Positions 25,558 to 37,990 of a stretch of 64,000 nt of DNA are shown piece after piece. Made by a program: the position numbers and the translations under genes. The notes beneath the pieces are model-generated. The model was not told where the DNA came from. It saw nothing but the letters and a program-made list of their open reading frames with translations, and searched no databases. This stretch comes from Callorhinchus milii (Eukaryota). The stretch is taken from the NCBI RefSeq assembly GCF_018977255.1, contig NW_024704742.1:49416001-49480000 (forward strand), given 5' to 3'. Numbering within the stretch: position 1 is the stretch's first letter; the number at the start of each line of letters is the position of its first letter.

Positions 25558-26165
25558 ACAACAACAACAAATTAAATTTGTATAAAGAATCGGAAAGACA
25601 TCCCAGGGCACTGGACAATCAGGAGTCTTGGACCCGAGCTGGGAGTTGGGGTCAAAAGAGGAGGCAGGCAGGGGGAATGGGGGAGGGAAGGTGGCCGAAA
25701 GCACGGTCGAAGAGGAAGGTGTTCAAATGGGACTTGAAGGAGGCAAGCGAGGGGGTGAAGTGGAGGAATTGCGGGATAGAGTTTCAGAGTGTGGGGGCAG
25801 AGAAGCTGAATGCCCGACCGCCAATGGAGGGGCGGGAAATGCGAAGAACTGAAGTAGCCCGGTGTCTGCCGAGCGGAGGGAGTGGACAGGCTGATATGGG
25901 GTTATGAGCTCGGAGAGATAGGGGGGAGCAAGACCGTAGAGGGCCTTGAATGTAAGAACGTGAGTTTTGTACTCGATTCTCTGAGGCATGGGGAGCCAGT
26001 GAAACCAGACAAGAACGGGGGTGATAGGTTCCCAGAGCCTGGTATGGGAGAGGACATGGGGTGCAGAGTTCTGGATGATCTGCAGCTTGTGGAGGGAGGA
26101 GATGGGAAGTGCAGTGAGCAGGCAGTTGACGTAGTCAAGCCGGGATGTAATGAAAGCGTGGATCA
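25558..26165 (-). mobile_element. L2 LINE 3' fragment
   Basis: MPQRIEYKTHVLTFKALYGLAPPYLSELITPYQP, with a (TTG)n tail. Confidence 0.9.
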
Positions 26166-26899
26166 GTGAATCAGATAATCAATTCACTTTACAGAATATT
26201 CTGTGAAGTGCTTTAAGACGTCTTAATGATGTGATAAGCCACTATATCAAATGCAAGGATTACTATTATTATATTTCAGAGTGTGCAGAATTTGATAAAA
26301 TGATGAATTCAGGTTTAACTTTGATGCCTGTTTTTTTTATTCTTAAAACAACAATTTTTCACTTTTATATTGCCTTTCTCATCAGGAGGACATCTCAAAG
26401 GACTTTGCAAAGATGCCTGGAAGCCTGAGCTAGCGGGGAGGGGGAGCTAAGAAAGAGGGAGGGAGAGAAAGGTGACCAAAAGGGTGGTCAAAATGAAAGG
26501 TCTTAAGGAGGGCTTCAAAAGAAGAGAGAGAGGAGACCAAAGTTGAGGGCCTCCAGGATTGGATGTCAGAGTGCGTAGCCAGAACAGCAGAAAGCTGAAC
26601 CACCAATAGACCGGCAACTCCTTGCAGTTGACATTAGATTTTAAAAAATTATTTTAGCAAGGATCTTACAGAGTCTTTCTTATTGAATCATTTTAGTACA
26701 AGGAAATATCTTACAATGATTAATGAGGTTGCTTAGACAAATATCTAATCCTAAATTTGTTCAGTTGAATGAAGTTATTTCCCTTGTCATTAAAAATATC
26801 CGTCAATTTCGAAGGGCATGAAAGGCAGTTTCAAGCACTAGGAAAGAGGAGTTAACAGGATAACTGGTCCATATAAGAGGCAAAGTGGAGGACGGATTC

Positions 26900-27010
26900 A
26901 ATAATAATAATAATAATAATCCTTGCGTTTGATATAGCGCTTTTCACGTCTTCTAGACGTCTTAAAGCGCTTCACAGAATATACTGTAAAGTGAATTGAC
27001 TATATATTCA
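26900..27010 (-). mobile_element. Young SINE 3' end with intact stem-loop
   Basis: (TAA)n tail and agcgcttttcacgtcttctagacgtcttaaagcgct at 26936-26971. Confidence 0.9.
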
Positions 27011-27284
27011 ATAACACAGGAGAACAATGGACATACTCAAGGAAGTGTATTCATTAACAGTGATGTTTTATTACTTGTGAGGAAAGTACTTTGATACAAA
27101 GGGAACCATTCATATTGGGATCACGTTGAATACATTTGCACTACAATTGAATTGCTGCCTGTGTGAATTGATTTCATTGTTAATATTTATAGTTTTAGCA
27201 ATTATGTGATTGTGGGGTAAGCTTGTGTGGATACAAGGTCACTGGAGATATAATGGGGTTGAAGACACAATATTTGCAACAAGA

Positions 27285-27500
27285 GCACTACATTGATATC
27301 AGTGTTGTGCTTTGATGAGATATTAAACCATGGCACCCCTACACGTTCAAGTAGATGTTAAGGATCTTTTGAGAAAAAGAATGAAGATTTTCCCAGTGTC
27401 CTGGCCAACAATGTACCAGAAAAATGGTGATTGTTCATGACAGAAATTGGCTGTTGTGCTGATCTACAAATATGCAGTTACTACACTTTACACAAATACC
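27285..27500 (+). mobile_element. Old Deu-domain-type SINE fragment
   Basis: gatgagatattaaacc..gatgttaaggatc..cagtgtcctggccaaca. Confidence 0.7.
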
Positions 27501-28239
27501 TTTATTTTTATTGGCACTAGATCAAATGTAAGTATTTTTATTATTCACACAGGTCTTAGAGCCCTTAAACACCATATATATCTTAAGTAATATTGACAGA
27601 ATGAGAGGGCTATAGGTGAAGTGAATAAGAGAGGTTGGGGCTTGTATGATGTATAAACACTGGCACGGTCCAGTTGAGCCAAATGGCGTTTTTCCATACC
27701 ACATCATTCTATTAACTCTATGACAGGTGAACTAGTCTGCAGGTACATCAAAAAAAGTTATTATGAGTACTTAAATATCAACATTGCATTGTTAGACTGG
27801 TTTCACGATTGCTTATTATTTTGATTCAACCAGAAGTAACAAGATCAAAATTCGAATGATAAAAAAAATCCCAGAAAAGCACAGAGCTGGGAATATTATA
27901 AATTAAAGTGGATGATTGGTAACCTGCCAATCATGTTGATCCTGTATATAGATAATATGTCAGGTTGCGAGACCTTCTTGATATATTAATTATTCTTAGT
28001 AGACCAATTTGCATTACTACAATAGGATTAGACTACAATGATATATCAGGGGTGATCATNAAAAAAGGAGTCAAGATAGGATCTTAAACCTCTATTAAGT
28101 AGCATTAAGCTGAAACTGAATCCAATTAAGTATAGAATATTACACTGGAGATAATGCATTCCCACAGTTGTGAATGAATTAGGAAGAATTTGTCTTAACT
28201 GAGGGAAGAGAGGACTTACCAAAGCACTGGTGTAATCAA

Positions 28240-28590
28240 CACCAATTTATACAGGGATATCTCAAAGTGCTTCGCACAGCTGATTGGGAGCCCAAGCTGG
28301 AGGAAACTGGGAGAAAGAAGGTGGCTGAAAATTAGATCAAAAAGATAGGTCTTTGAAGATAGGGAGAGACAGTATGAAGCAGAGAGACTCTGGGATGAAG
28401 TTCCAGAGAGCAGAGCCAGAATGCCTGAAGGCTCACTCACTGATGGTCGGGTGGAACTGGTGGTGTACATGAAGCAGGTCAGTGTTTGCTGAATGGAGGG
28501 TGCGGCAGGGGCAGGAGGAGATTGTAAAAGTAAGGTAGGGTAAGGCTGTGGAGAGAACAGATGTGCATGCTCAATAGGAATTTGAGGCAG
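28240..28590 (-). mobile_element. Old L2 3' fragment
   Basis: Degenerate match (tcaaaaagataggtctt, agttccagag, tgatggtcggg). Confidence 0.65.
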
Positions 28591-29156
28591 GCTTGAATCA
28601 TTGCAGAATGTTTTGCACACCACAGCTCTTTATGTGATATTGTATGTTTTATTCTCACGTGAATTAAGGCCACAGTGACTATACACATATTGACAATAAC
28701 CATGAAACACATTATTAGTACTATGAGGGAAGGTGAGATTATGGTCATACAAAAAGCACGTTTAGTTTCTCTTTTCTAAAGCTACCACCAAGAAACTCAA
28801 GGATACATTGAAGTTCAGAGTAAATTATCACAGACAGAGCAGTACAGTGACTAATCAAAGACATCAGAAAAAGTCATTGCCGGAGGAACCAGACTCTTTT
28901 GCCAACAGATAGAAAGATGAACAACAGCATGTCCTGCAAAGCCTGGCTTACAACCCGCTCAACTAAAAATACATCAAGAGCACATGCTGCAGGGAGTTCT
29001 CAGATGCCCTTTGATCACAGTAGTTGCTGTTTAATGTTGTTATTAAAAAGGGAATGATGGAATAAAATGAATTTAATGAGAAAATAGGGCTCAGTGTGGT
29101 TCAGCAGGGGGAATTGGAGACCTCCTAACTAGAAACAACTTTGCAGAGTTTGCTGC

Positions 29157-29648
29157 TAAAATAATCCATGCATTTGATTAGCATTTCCAGCTCCTTGGGA
29201 CGTCCTCCCGATGTGAAAGGCACTATATAAATGTAATCTTGTTGTTGTTGTTGTTTTATCATGTGGTTGAACCATCTCAAAGCACTTCACAGTATATACT
29301 GTGAAGTGGATAGATTGTATTTTGTGGGCAAAATGCAGCAGCCAGTTGTGCATAGCAATGTCTCATAAACATCCATGGGGAGAATGACCAATTTTATTTG
29401 GGGGATTGTTGGTCAGGACACCAGAAATAAATCTCTTCCCTTTTCAAATAGTGCCATAGGATCTTTAACCTGAACAGGCAGATGGGATTTTGGTTTAACG
29501 CCTCATCCGAGGGATTATCAGTCTTTAAGGGGCATGCTGTGAGAGGTTGGATTCACTTTGAGCCTGATGTAAGCATTTGCCATCCAAAGGACAGTACCTC
29601 TGTCATCGCAGGCCATTCCTAGCACTGCATTCGAGTGTTAGCCTAGAC
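29157..29648 (-). mobile_element. Deu-domain-type SINE interrupted by an L2 tail (about 29185-29255, plus strand)
   Basis: The SINE tail ataatccatgcatttgattagca|...|ttatcatgtgg is split by ccttgggacgtcctcccgatgtgaaagg..(TTG)n. Confidence 0.8.
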
Positions 29649-29867
29649 CTGGGTGGTCCATTTGGTGGACCATGGGCCATATCCAGCTTGGGGGATGATT
29701 TCATCTGGGTCGCTAACCATTTCAAGTTCAGGAGACGATCACCAGGGGCTCAGGCTGTGCTCATTAACAGGACGACTCAATCAGGATCAAATACTGCTTA
29801 TGTGGCCCACGGAGGCTTCTCAAATCCGATATCTGGCTCTCAGGAGCCAAAAGGCTGAACCACACTG
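29649..29867. mobile_element. hAT-like non-autonomous DNA transposon (MITE)
   Basis: Imperfect terminal inverted repeats ctgggtggtcca / tgaaccacactg, flanks gcctagac / gccaagtt (degenerate 8-bp target duplication), internal atgtggcccac motif. Confidence 0.6.
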
Positions 29868-30309
29868 GCCAAGTTTATTTCTCAGCACCGGCATCTATGA
29901 ATTCAATGAGCATAAAATTCATGAAGAAAAAATGTTTATTCAATAAAAGATATTGGTATACATTTTAAAAATCCTGGAACTCTAATGGAGCTTTAAATCT
30001 CTGAAGCACCAATCCCACATCCCCACCGCAGTCACTGGAAATCCTGCAATGTGGAGGGATATAACTCAGCAAGTGCTGTTGTCAATGAACCTCTGGCAAT
30101 GAGAACATTTGGGAAATTAACTGAAACCTTCAATACTTAGTGAGTCTTCAATGCATCATTAATAATGTGATGGATTGTAAAACATACGCCTAGATGACTT
30201 CTGCAGCACTAAGCATTAGTGGATGCGTTGAGGAGAAGCAGACAGGGTATGCTGTGCTACTGCAGCACTCCTGAGCTTATCCTTGCATTGGCTAGAATGA
30301 GGTCAGTCA

Positions 30310-30640
30310 GAACACAGAATGCTTTGCCACAAATGGCTATTGAGATTGATGTTAAAGTAACATTTAAAAGTGAACTGAATAAATATTTGAAGAGGAAGAA
30401 TATAAAACGGTACAGGAAAAGAGCAGGAGATTAGGATTGGAGAAGTCAATTTTTGTGAATGCTGTGGGTGTGCTGTGTTGTTGGAGGTGCCTTCTTTCAA
30501 ATGAAATGTTAAACTGAGGTCCCGTCAGGCAGACATTAAAGATTCCATCATTTGTGGTACTGTTCAAAAAGAGAAAGATATTTTTCCCTGTGTCCAGGCC
30601 AACAATAAATGTCAGTCCTAGCACTTCCCTGTTGACATCT
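30310..30640 (+). mobile_element. CR1 3' end fragment plus Deu-domain-type SINE fragment
   Basis: catttaaaagtgaactgaataaatatttgaagaggaag..gagcaggag, then tgttggaggtgccttctttcaaatgaaatgttaaactgagg. Confidence 0.7.
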
Positions 30641-31037
30641 AAAAATAATAATAATGATTCTTGCATTTGATAAAATGTCTTTCATATCATGAGGACATCT
30701 CAGAGCAGGATACACTGTAAATAATAATAATCCTTGCATCACCGTATTACCATTTTAAAACCTTTCAAAAATCAATCTGCTTTACATTATATCCTGTGAA
30801 TCGCTTTGAGACGTCTCAACGACACAATAAAGTGCTAAATGCAGATGGGACCTTGTTTTAATGTTTCATTCGATGGATGTAAAGTGAAGTGGTCATGTAT
30901 CTTGTGGGCAAATATTTCGGATCTTCAGACAATGGGCTTGTCAAATTGTATCTGGCCTCAAGGTGATCAATGAGATGCGCCAGATAAGAAATGTTTCATT
31001 TTTATGCGTGAAATTACAAGTTTTTCTGTGCTGAGGT

Positions 31038-31418
31038 AACAACAACAGCAACAACAACAACAATCCTTGCATTTGATATAGTGCCTTATCATGTCTTTGA
31101 AGCGTCTCAAAACGCTTCACAGAATATACTGTAAAGTGAATTGACTGTATATTTTCTGGATAAATCGCAATAGTCAATTGCGCACAGCAGTGTCCCACAA
31201 ACAGTCGTGGATTGAGTGACAACATTTTTTTTTAAGGAATTATTACCCCCGGAAAAGCTATCCGCCGATCGACTAACAACTGGGTTCCTATTTATTGCTT
31301 GGTAAACAGAGGCATGTGGAGTAAGGAAACTTACCCAACGTTTCGCCCTGCCGGGAATCAAACCCAGATCTCTCATTTGCGAGGCGAGTGTTCTAACCAA
31401 TGAGCTACAGGATCCACA
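31038..31418 (-). mobile_element. Young tRNA-derived SINE, full length, (TTG)n tail
   Basis: Head, body and stem-loop as in other copies; the tail reads (CAA)n on the plus strand. Confidence 0.92.
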
Positions 31419-31953
31419 GGTACAGATCTTAGAGAATCAAAGAACTGATTTCACTGCTTCTGAACTTTGCCAAAGTAAACCACGAAAAAAGGGGAAATAG
31501 CTGTATGTCATTAAACCTTCCACTTTCTGCCCTGTTGGCAGCTTATCAAAACATTTAGCAGGGTGAGATGATCCGAGGAGACAACCCAGATAAAAAATGA
31601 TCTCTTATCTGAAAGGAAACAGAATGAAAGCTCTGAAGGAAAGATACCAGAATATCCCTGAAGACAAAATCACAAGGTATTGTCAGGCTGTTAGATAGAG
31701 ACAATGTTTAATTGAAAGTGATGCGTAAGTGCAAACTCATACCCCCAGACTATCATTAGAACATGTTAGTGCTTGCTTCAGTGAAAATATGTCTCTCATA
31801 GTTTGATATTCACTGAGCCTATACGTCTTACAGTGTGAAGTCCTGGCATTAAAATTACCTCACAGGCTTCCAAAATGGAAAAATTTAAATGCATCAGAAA
31901 CACAAACTCATCCTTTATAATAACTTGCAATTTTGAGAACTCCATGGATCCTA

Positions 31954-31992
31954 TGTGTGTGTGTGAATACACATATATATATATATATATAT
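31954..31992. repeat. (TG)n / (TA)n compound microsatellite
   Basis: tgtgtgtgtgtg..catatatatatatatatatat. Confidence 0.8.
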
Positions 31993-34971
31993 CATATGTA
32001 TTTGAGTCATTTGCAACTTCTATTTGGCAAATGCCAAACTGTTAGATTTGCTAAACAGCAAATCACAAATTGATAGCAGGCAAAGTCCAGTGAGCAAAAT
32101 TGTGACAAAATATTGCATTTCCAACCCCCTTTACCACAGTTCTAAACCAAAATCTTTTAGTGTCCAGCCAAAACACAGGATCACCGTATCTCTACTTTAA
32201 AACCTTTCAAATATCAATCTGCTTTACTGTATATCCTGTGAAGCGCTTTGAGACATCTCAACAACATGAAAAGGTGCTAAATCAAATACAAGAATTATTA
32301 TTGTTCATAGGTAGCAGACAATATTCTCTTGTTTCATTTCAGGCAGTCTTATAATAGCTGAGGTTGAATCTCTTGCAGCTATGTTGTTGTATCGTTGTTG
32401 TTTTTCTTTCGTCTGATATTTCTTGAATCTTGGACATTCAAATGGCTTGAATCTCAGAACACGGGTGGGAGGAGTGAACGATGTTCTCATTCTCACATTG
32501 ATTCAAACTGCTACTGGGTAGCTCAACTATACGTCTTCATATTATAGTTCTTTATTTCAGGCTGATCAATACACGTCAGCACTTTCTCACCCACCTGATG
32601 ATGGTTTTCATCAGACCATTTTTTTTGGTCCATGGGCTGACTTTGATTATAACAATACAGGACTGTACAATAGCAATTAATTCACGCCACAACAAACTAC
32701 AGCTGCAATAACAAATTCATTTCTTTCTTAGCCAATTTAATTCTTCATAGTATGATACACAGCACATTGATATGTTCTCATACCATTTTATGTAGTATTT
32801 TACTAGCTATCCCATAACTCTAGTTGCAGTTAGATAGACGTTCTGCAACACAGCTCAATTTAATCAACACAACATTTTATAGGCCAGAATGTAGTTCTAC
32901 AGTCATCTCGACATCTGCTAACAAGCATAAGCAACCTTCAATGAAACAAAGCATTTATAATCACATTTATGATCAAGATTGTAATTCTACAGGTCACATA
33001 GCCTTAGTCTATGAGGCCATTTTATCTTAAAATTTGAGATCATGGAGAATTGTGGATAATTTTTAAATCCAGTCTAATTTTGGAAAATAATCGTGCTGCT
33101 GGGTTCTGATGTGCATTGAAAAGATAGTTATGTGATTTGTGCAACAATAATGCATTAAGTATTGTCACAGACACTTTATTTTTATTAATGCTCTACCTTA
33201 TTCTAATGATGTTTGCTGTAGAAAGTCTATGCACAGAGAATTTGTGTTAAAATAAGCCACTTCGCTTTAAGCGCAATTATGATCTAGGGACCAGAATATA
33301 ATTTTAAAGCGGTACAGCCTTGATGCCACAAAGTTTGTGAGTTGGGTGAGTGTTGCAACAGAAAAGGCAGGAAAGGGTCATGTGGGTCCTGGAGCGGGAA
33401 CCAATTGATACAATGGATGGGAAGGAGACTGGAAATGGAGGGAAAAGGTATCAAGAGTTACATAGGAAAGGGGAAGGGTTAGAAAGAGATAAAAGGAGGG
33501 GGCTCGTTAAACTCAGGGTCGCTCTTCGCCTTTAGTGTCATCAAGGAGGTCTGAGAGCCTTGTCTCCAGGCCAAGATTGTTTTTTCCTTGTCTACTAACT
33601 TTGGGTGAAGCTGCTAGTATCATAGTTATAGTATCATAATAGGTGTCAGGGTTTTTGTATTTCTTGACGTTGTGGCTGTTTATCCTATATCAGGCAATTT
33701 AAGTGAGGCATAGAGTTGTAAGGACCAATAAAATACCAGTGTGTTTTCTAAAAAGTGCATCTCAAGTCTCTGTTAAATTCAAGGAGGGAGGGAGAGACAC
33801 AGAGAGGTTACTGCAGAAGTCAGCTGTCTCGTAGTGCGAAGGTCACTGACTGAAGTATCCCATTGTTACGCTATAAGGCATTGGGATTACCTGTCGCGTG
33901 TTAATTCTCACATAGCGAAGTTTGACATAGAGAGGGAACTCTCACGTCACAAAGAAGAACCTACACAGAGGCCACCTAATACACCGTGCGCTTTACATAA
34001 TGCGGGGAACCCTTTAGGGGTGAGAACCGTCGCTCTATCAATGCCATTTGACGTTAAAGCCCGGAGGTGTTAAATGGAATATTTGCAGTATCTAGAAAAA
34101 TCAATGGCGCCATCCCTAACCTCATTTATTTCATCTTTACAGGAAGGAGAATATTGGCAAAGTCGTTGCCTTGGAGTCAAAAGAAGGAATTTATTGATTT
34201 AAACTGAAATGTTAAATGTTGAATTGTTAATTTTTGCTACCTGGTGATAACTGTCAAGTTATAATGAAGGCAGAATAATAAATAGCACAGCAACAAGTTT
34301 AATCAAACAGAATAGCTGAGGCAACATACCTGCTGCTTGTCCATTGACATTAAATGTCAAGATCATTATGAGGGTTTGCGTGCCTTTCTAAATTGCACAG
34401 TCAATGTTAATAATCTGCCCAAGACTGACAATAAAAAATCAATTCTGTTCCCTTAATTCACCCTGAGAAGTTAATTTGCTGGTTTGACACTGGAATGAAA
34501 AATAGGGAATTTAAAATGCCTGTGGTGTGCATTCAAAAATAGTTCATGGTGACAGGTTGCTGCAAGATTTATGCACAGAGTTTGTCGCTGCAAATGAGGG
34601 TGGGATTGCATTTACTCTGCCATTCCATTACTACAAGCATGACAGAGTATTTTTCATTAGTTAATTTAACATGGCTAAAACAAACACTAATCTGTTTAAA
34701 GTAGTAATGGCTGCATAGAATGAAATATTTCATGGTTATTTGATTAATAAACAACTACGACACTTGCTATTTTCCAGTTAAATTATGCATTTTAATCCCC
34801 ATTAATATAGCAAGTGAAATGAATTAAAAGCACCCATCATTTATTTTCAGTGACGTCTTGACCACATGTAATTCTGAAATATGGTCAATCGTAACTCTTT
34901 CAGATTAGATGGTTCTTTTAGTGTGAAACCTATCTGCACTCTAATAGGCTGGGTGGTGCCCTGCAAATATT

Positions 34972-35503
34972 TATAATAATCTTTGTATTTGACATAGCAC
35001 TTTTCGCATGTTCTAGACATCTAAAAGTACTTCACAAAATATACTGTAAAGTGAATTGACTGTATGTTTGTCAGCAAAACTCGGCAGCCAATTGCACACA
35101 GCAGAGTCCCACAAACAGATGTGGATTGAGTGACCAAATTATTATTGTCTTTTTTTAGGGATATTTATTGCCAGAAAAGCGATCCGCCAATCGACTAACA
35201 ACCGGGTTCCTACATACTGTTAGGTAAACAGAGGCGTGTGGAGTAAGGAAACTTGTCCATCATTTCGCCTTGCTGGGAATAGAACCCAGGTCTCTCACTT
35301 GCAAGGTGAGCGCCGTGCCTTCAGCTCCCCTCTCGACTCTCTACCCCCTCTTCGCTCCCTCCCTTCCCGACCCTCACCCTGACCAGGCTCGGGTCCCGAC
35401 CCAACTGTCCAGTGCCTTGGGACGTCCCATGTTGTGAAAGGCGCTCTATAAATGAAATCTTGTTGTTGTTGTTGTTGTCTAACCACTGAGCTACAGGACT
35501 CCA
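34972..35503 (-). mobile_element. Young SINE with a nested young L2 3' end (35313-35478, plus strand)
   Basis: The SINE head gcaaggtgagcg|...|ctaaccactgagctacaggactccac is split by an L2 3' UTR and (TTG)n. Confidence 0.92.
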
Positions 35504-36032
35504 CAACAGTAACAACAACTTGCATTTATATAGCATCCTTCACGCAGGATAGCATCTTGGAGTGCTGCACAGTGACGGGGTTGGGTGCCAAATAAGAATG
35601 TTAGCAAAATTTTGCGTCAGCGATTACTATAATAATATCTAATAATAATCCTTGCATTTAATGTTTGCATTTGAAGTTGTTTGTTATGTTTGCACTATAC
35701 TTTACAGGATTCACTATAAAGTATAGTGACTATGTAATTTGTAGGAGAATACAGCAGGCAATTTGTGCACAGCAATGTCCCTTATATAGCCATGACCAAT
35801 TTTATCTGGTGGATTGTTGGCCTGAACACCGAGAGAAACTCCCTCCTCCAATTTATGGAAAGGAGTTATAAGATTAGAATCTAGTTGAGCGTTTCAAGCA
35901 TGATGACTTTCAAATGATACATCTGAATAGTTTGCTAAACTCTAGCCCAGTATTAAATTACAGGCTTTAATTCTCTTCCAAGTGATTAGTATTTTATTTA
36001 ATTTGCTGGATCACAAGGAGATCTGCATTTAT

Positions 36033-36488
36033 CAGCCTGGCCTCGTTGGTAGCACTATTGCCTCTGAGTCCAAAGTGGGTTCTGAGTGGGTTCATGCCCC
36101 ATGTTAGGACTTAGAAATGATATAGTCTATGTTGACATTCCAGTGCGTTGCTGGGTGTGTACCGTAATGTTGGAGGTACAATCCTTGGATTGAGATATTA
36201 AACTGACTCCTCAAATTGAGAAAAAAATTAATTATCTGCCTGTTCAGATGGATGTTAAAATTCCCATGGCATTATTCTAAAAGAGAAGGTGGTTTCTCTT
36301 GTGCCCTGGCTAATAATTCCCCCAAATAAAATTGGCCATTTACTTCATGGCTGTTTGTGGGACATTACTGTGTGCAAATTGGCTGCCGTGTTTGCTGAAA
36401 AATGATGTAGACTCTACACTTCACAGTAGAGTCTTTGAGACATCCTCCTGATGTGAAAGGCACTATATCGAATGCAAGAATTATGAAT
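36033..36488 (+). mobile_element. Old Deu-domain-type SINE, full length
   Basis: tRNA-like head cagcctggcctcgttggtagcact, central tgttggaggtacaatccttggattgagatattaaac..cccatggcatt, L2-type tail. Confidence 0.82.
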
Positions 36489-37604
36489 ATTATAAATCTT
36501 AACTGATTAAGTATTGTTCACTGTGTAATGGAATGCCTAAGTAAGAGGCAGATTCAGAGTTGGGTGATGTGGACAACTCTCTACCAATTCCTGCAAGGCT
36601 GACACCGATTCAAAGGTTAATTCAGATATTCTGGCACAAGAATTCGCGAGTTCATCTGGTTCTAAGCTTGGCCTGACATGATTACCTATTTTGGAAATAA
36701 GATTTCGAAAAAGCTGATTGAAATGTGCACTTTCAAAAGTCTAATTCAGGCAGAACTGAACCCTATTTAAAATGTGATCAATTTGGCTGTGCTTATGAGA
36801 ATATGGCATGTTTCATCATAACGCTTATGGAGGATGAGACCATATTGCAATTTAAAAGGGAATTGCATTTATGCATTTATTTAGTGCCTTTCACATCGGG
36901 ACACTGGCCCGACATGGAAGGGATTACATAGATGCAATTTTGTTGTAATTGTTGAACTGAATAAACATTTGAAGAGAAGGAATATATAAAGGTACGAAGA
37001 GGAGCAACGAATTAGGATACGAGTTGTGAGTTCCAGTGGAAGAGCAAGCACCACCACTTGACTGCTGGGCCAAATGGCCTTCTCCTATGGTGCAATTTCT
37101 ATGACTCTGCACAAATTGCAAATCTATAATGAGAATAATATATAGGTTGTACATTCTTAAAAATGATTTTCTTGGTTGTGAGAAATCAAAATGTTGCCAT
37201 GGAAGTAGAATGGTCTGTTGGTTAAAAATCTTACTCGTGCTCCACATTAAATGTAATTTTTTTCAGATTGATTCTGATCATCATTTATGTTAATTCTGTT
37301 CTCTGACACTGGTCAGTCCCCACAGCTGCTCCACCACTTAATGTCTCATTAGAGTCCTTTTGTTTTTCTGTTACTAACATTTCTTACACTCACATTTTGA
37401 TGAAATTCCATGACATTTTAATCATTTTGATGTCATTCATACACAAAATTACTCTCCTCTTAATTGCTATAATCCTTGCATTTTATGGGTGAAAATCTCA
37501 TCTCATAAATTTTCAAGAGGATTTCATCCCTCAGCTGGCTGATCGTCTATGCAACACAGATTAATAGTTTTACTGTTTCGTTTGTTCTGTTGATGCCATG
37601 CATA

Positions 37605-37990
37605 AACAAGAACAATTTCACATTTATAATGCAGCTTTCATGCCAGGAGGACGTCTCAAAGTGTTTCATACAACTGGCTGGTGAAGGTGATCAAAGGCAT
37701 GGTCGATAAGAAATATCTTAAGATGGATTTTAAAGCTGGAAGGCAAAGGAACTCCAGAATGGAGAGCCGGAGAGCGGAATGGTTGAAAGCGCACCTATGG
37801 ATGGTGCATTGTGTCAGGAATTGGACACGAAGCAAGCTCCAATGGAAGAGCTCGCTGGGGGGAAAGTGTGGCTGGGGTGTTAAGGTTGCAGAAGGTCGCA
37901 GGGTTAGGTGGGGCAAGGCTGAGGGGGGATTTGAGTATCCCTCAAGAATTAGGATCTTTAATTCACTCCATGGGAGGATAGGCAGCCAAG
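37605..37990 (-). mobile_element. Old L2 3' fragment
   Basis: tttcatgccaggaggacgtctcaaag tail; AFNHSALRL-like reading frame. Confidence 0.75.

Noticed and set aside
28060..28060. Single N base
   Set aside because: Assembly ambiguity, not a biological feature.
31542..31676. Plus-strand acceptor/donor pair encoding MISYLKGNRMKALKERYQNIPEDKIT
   Set aside because: Weak donor (GTATTG), unrecognised peptide and no other support. Similar lone acceptors at 28771 and 62531 are also unsupported.
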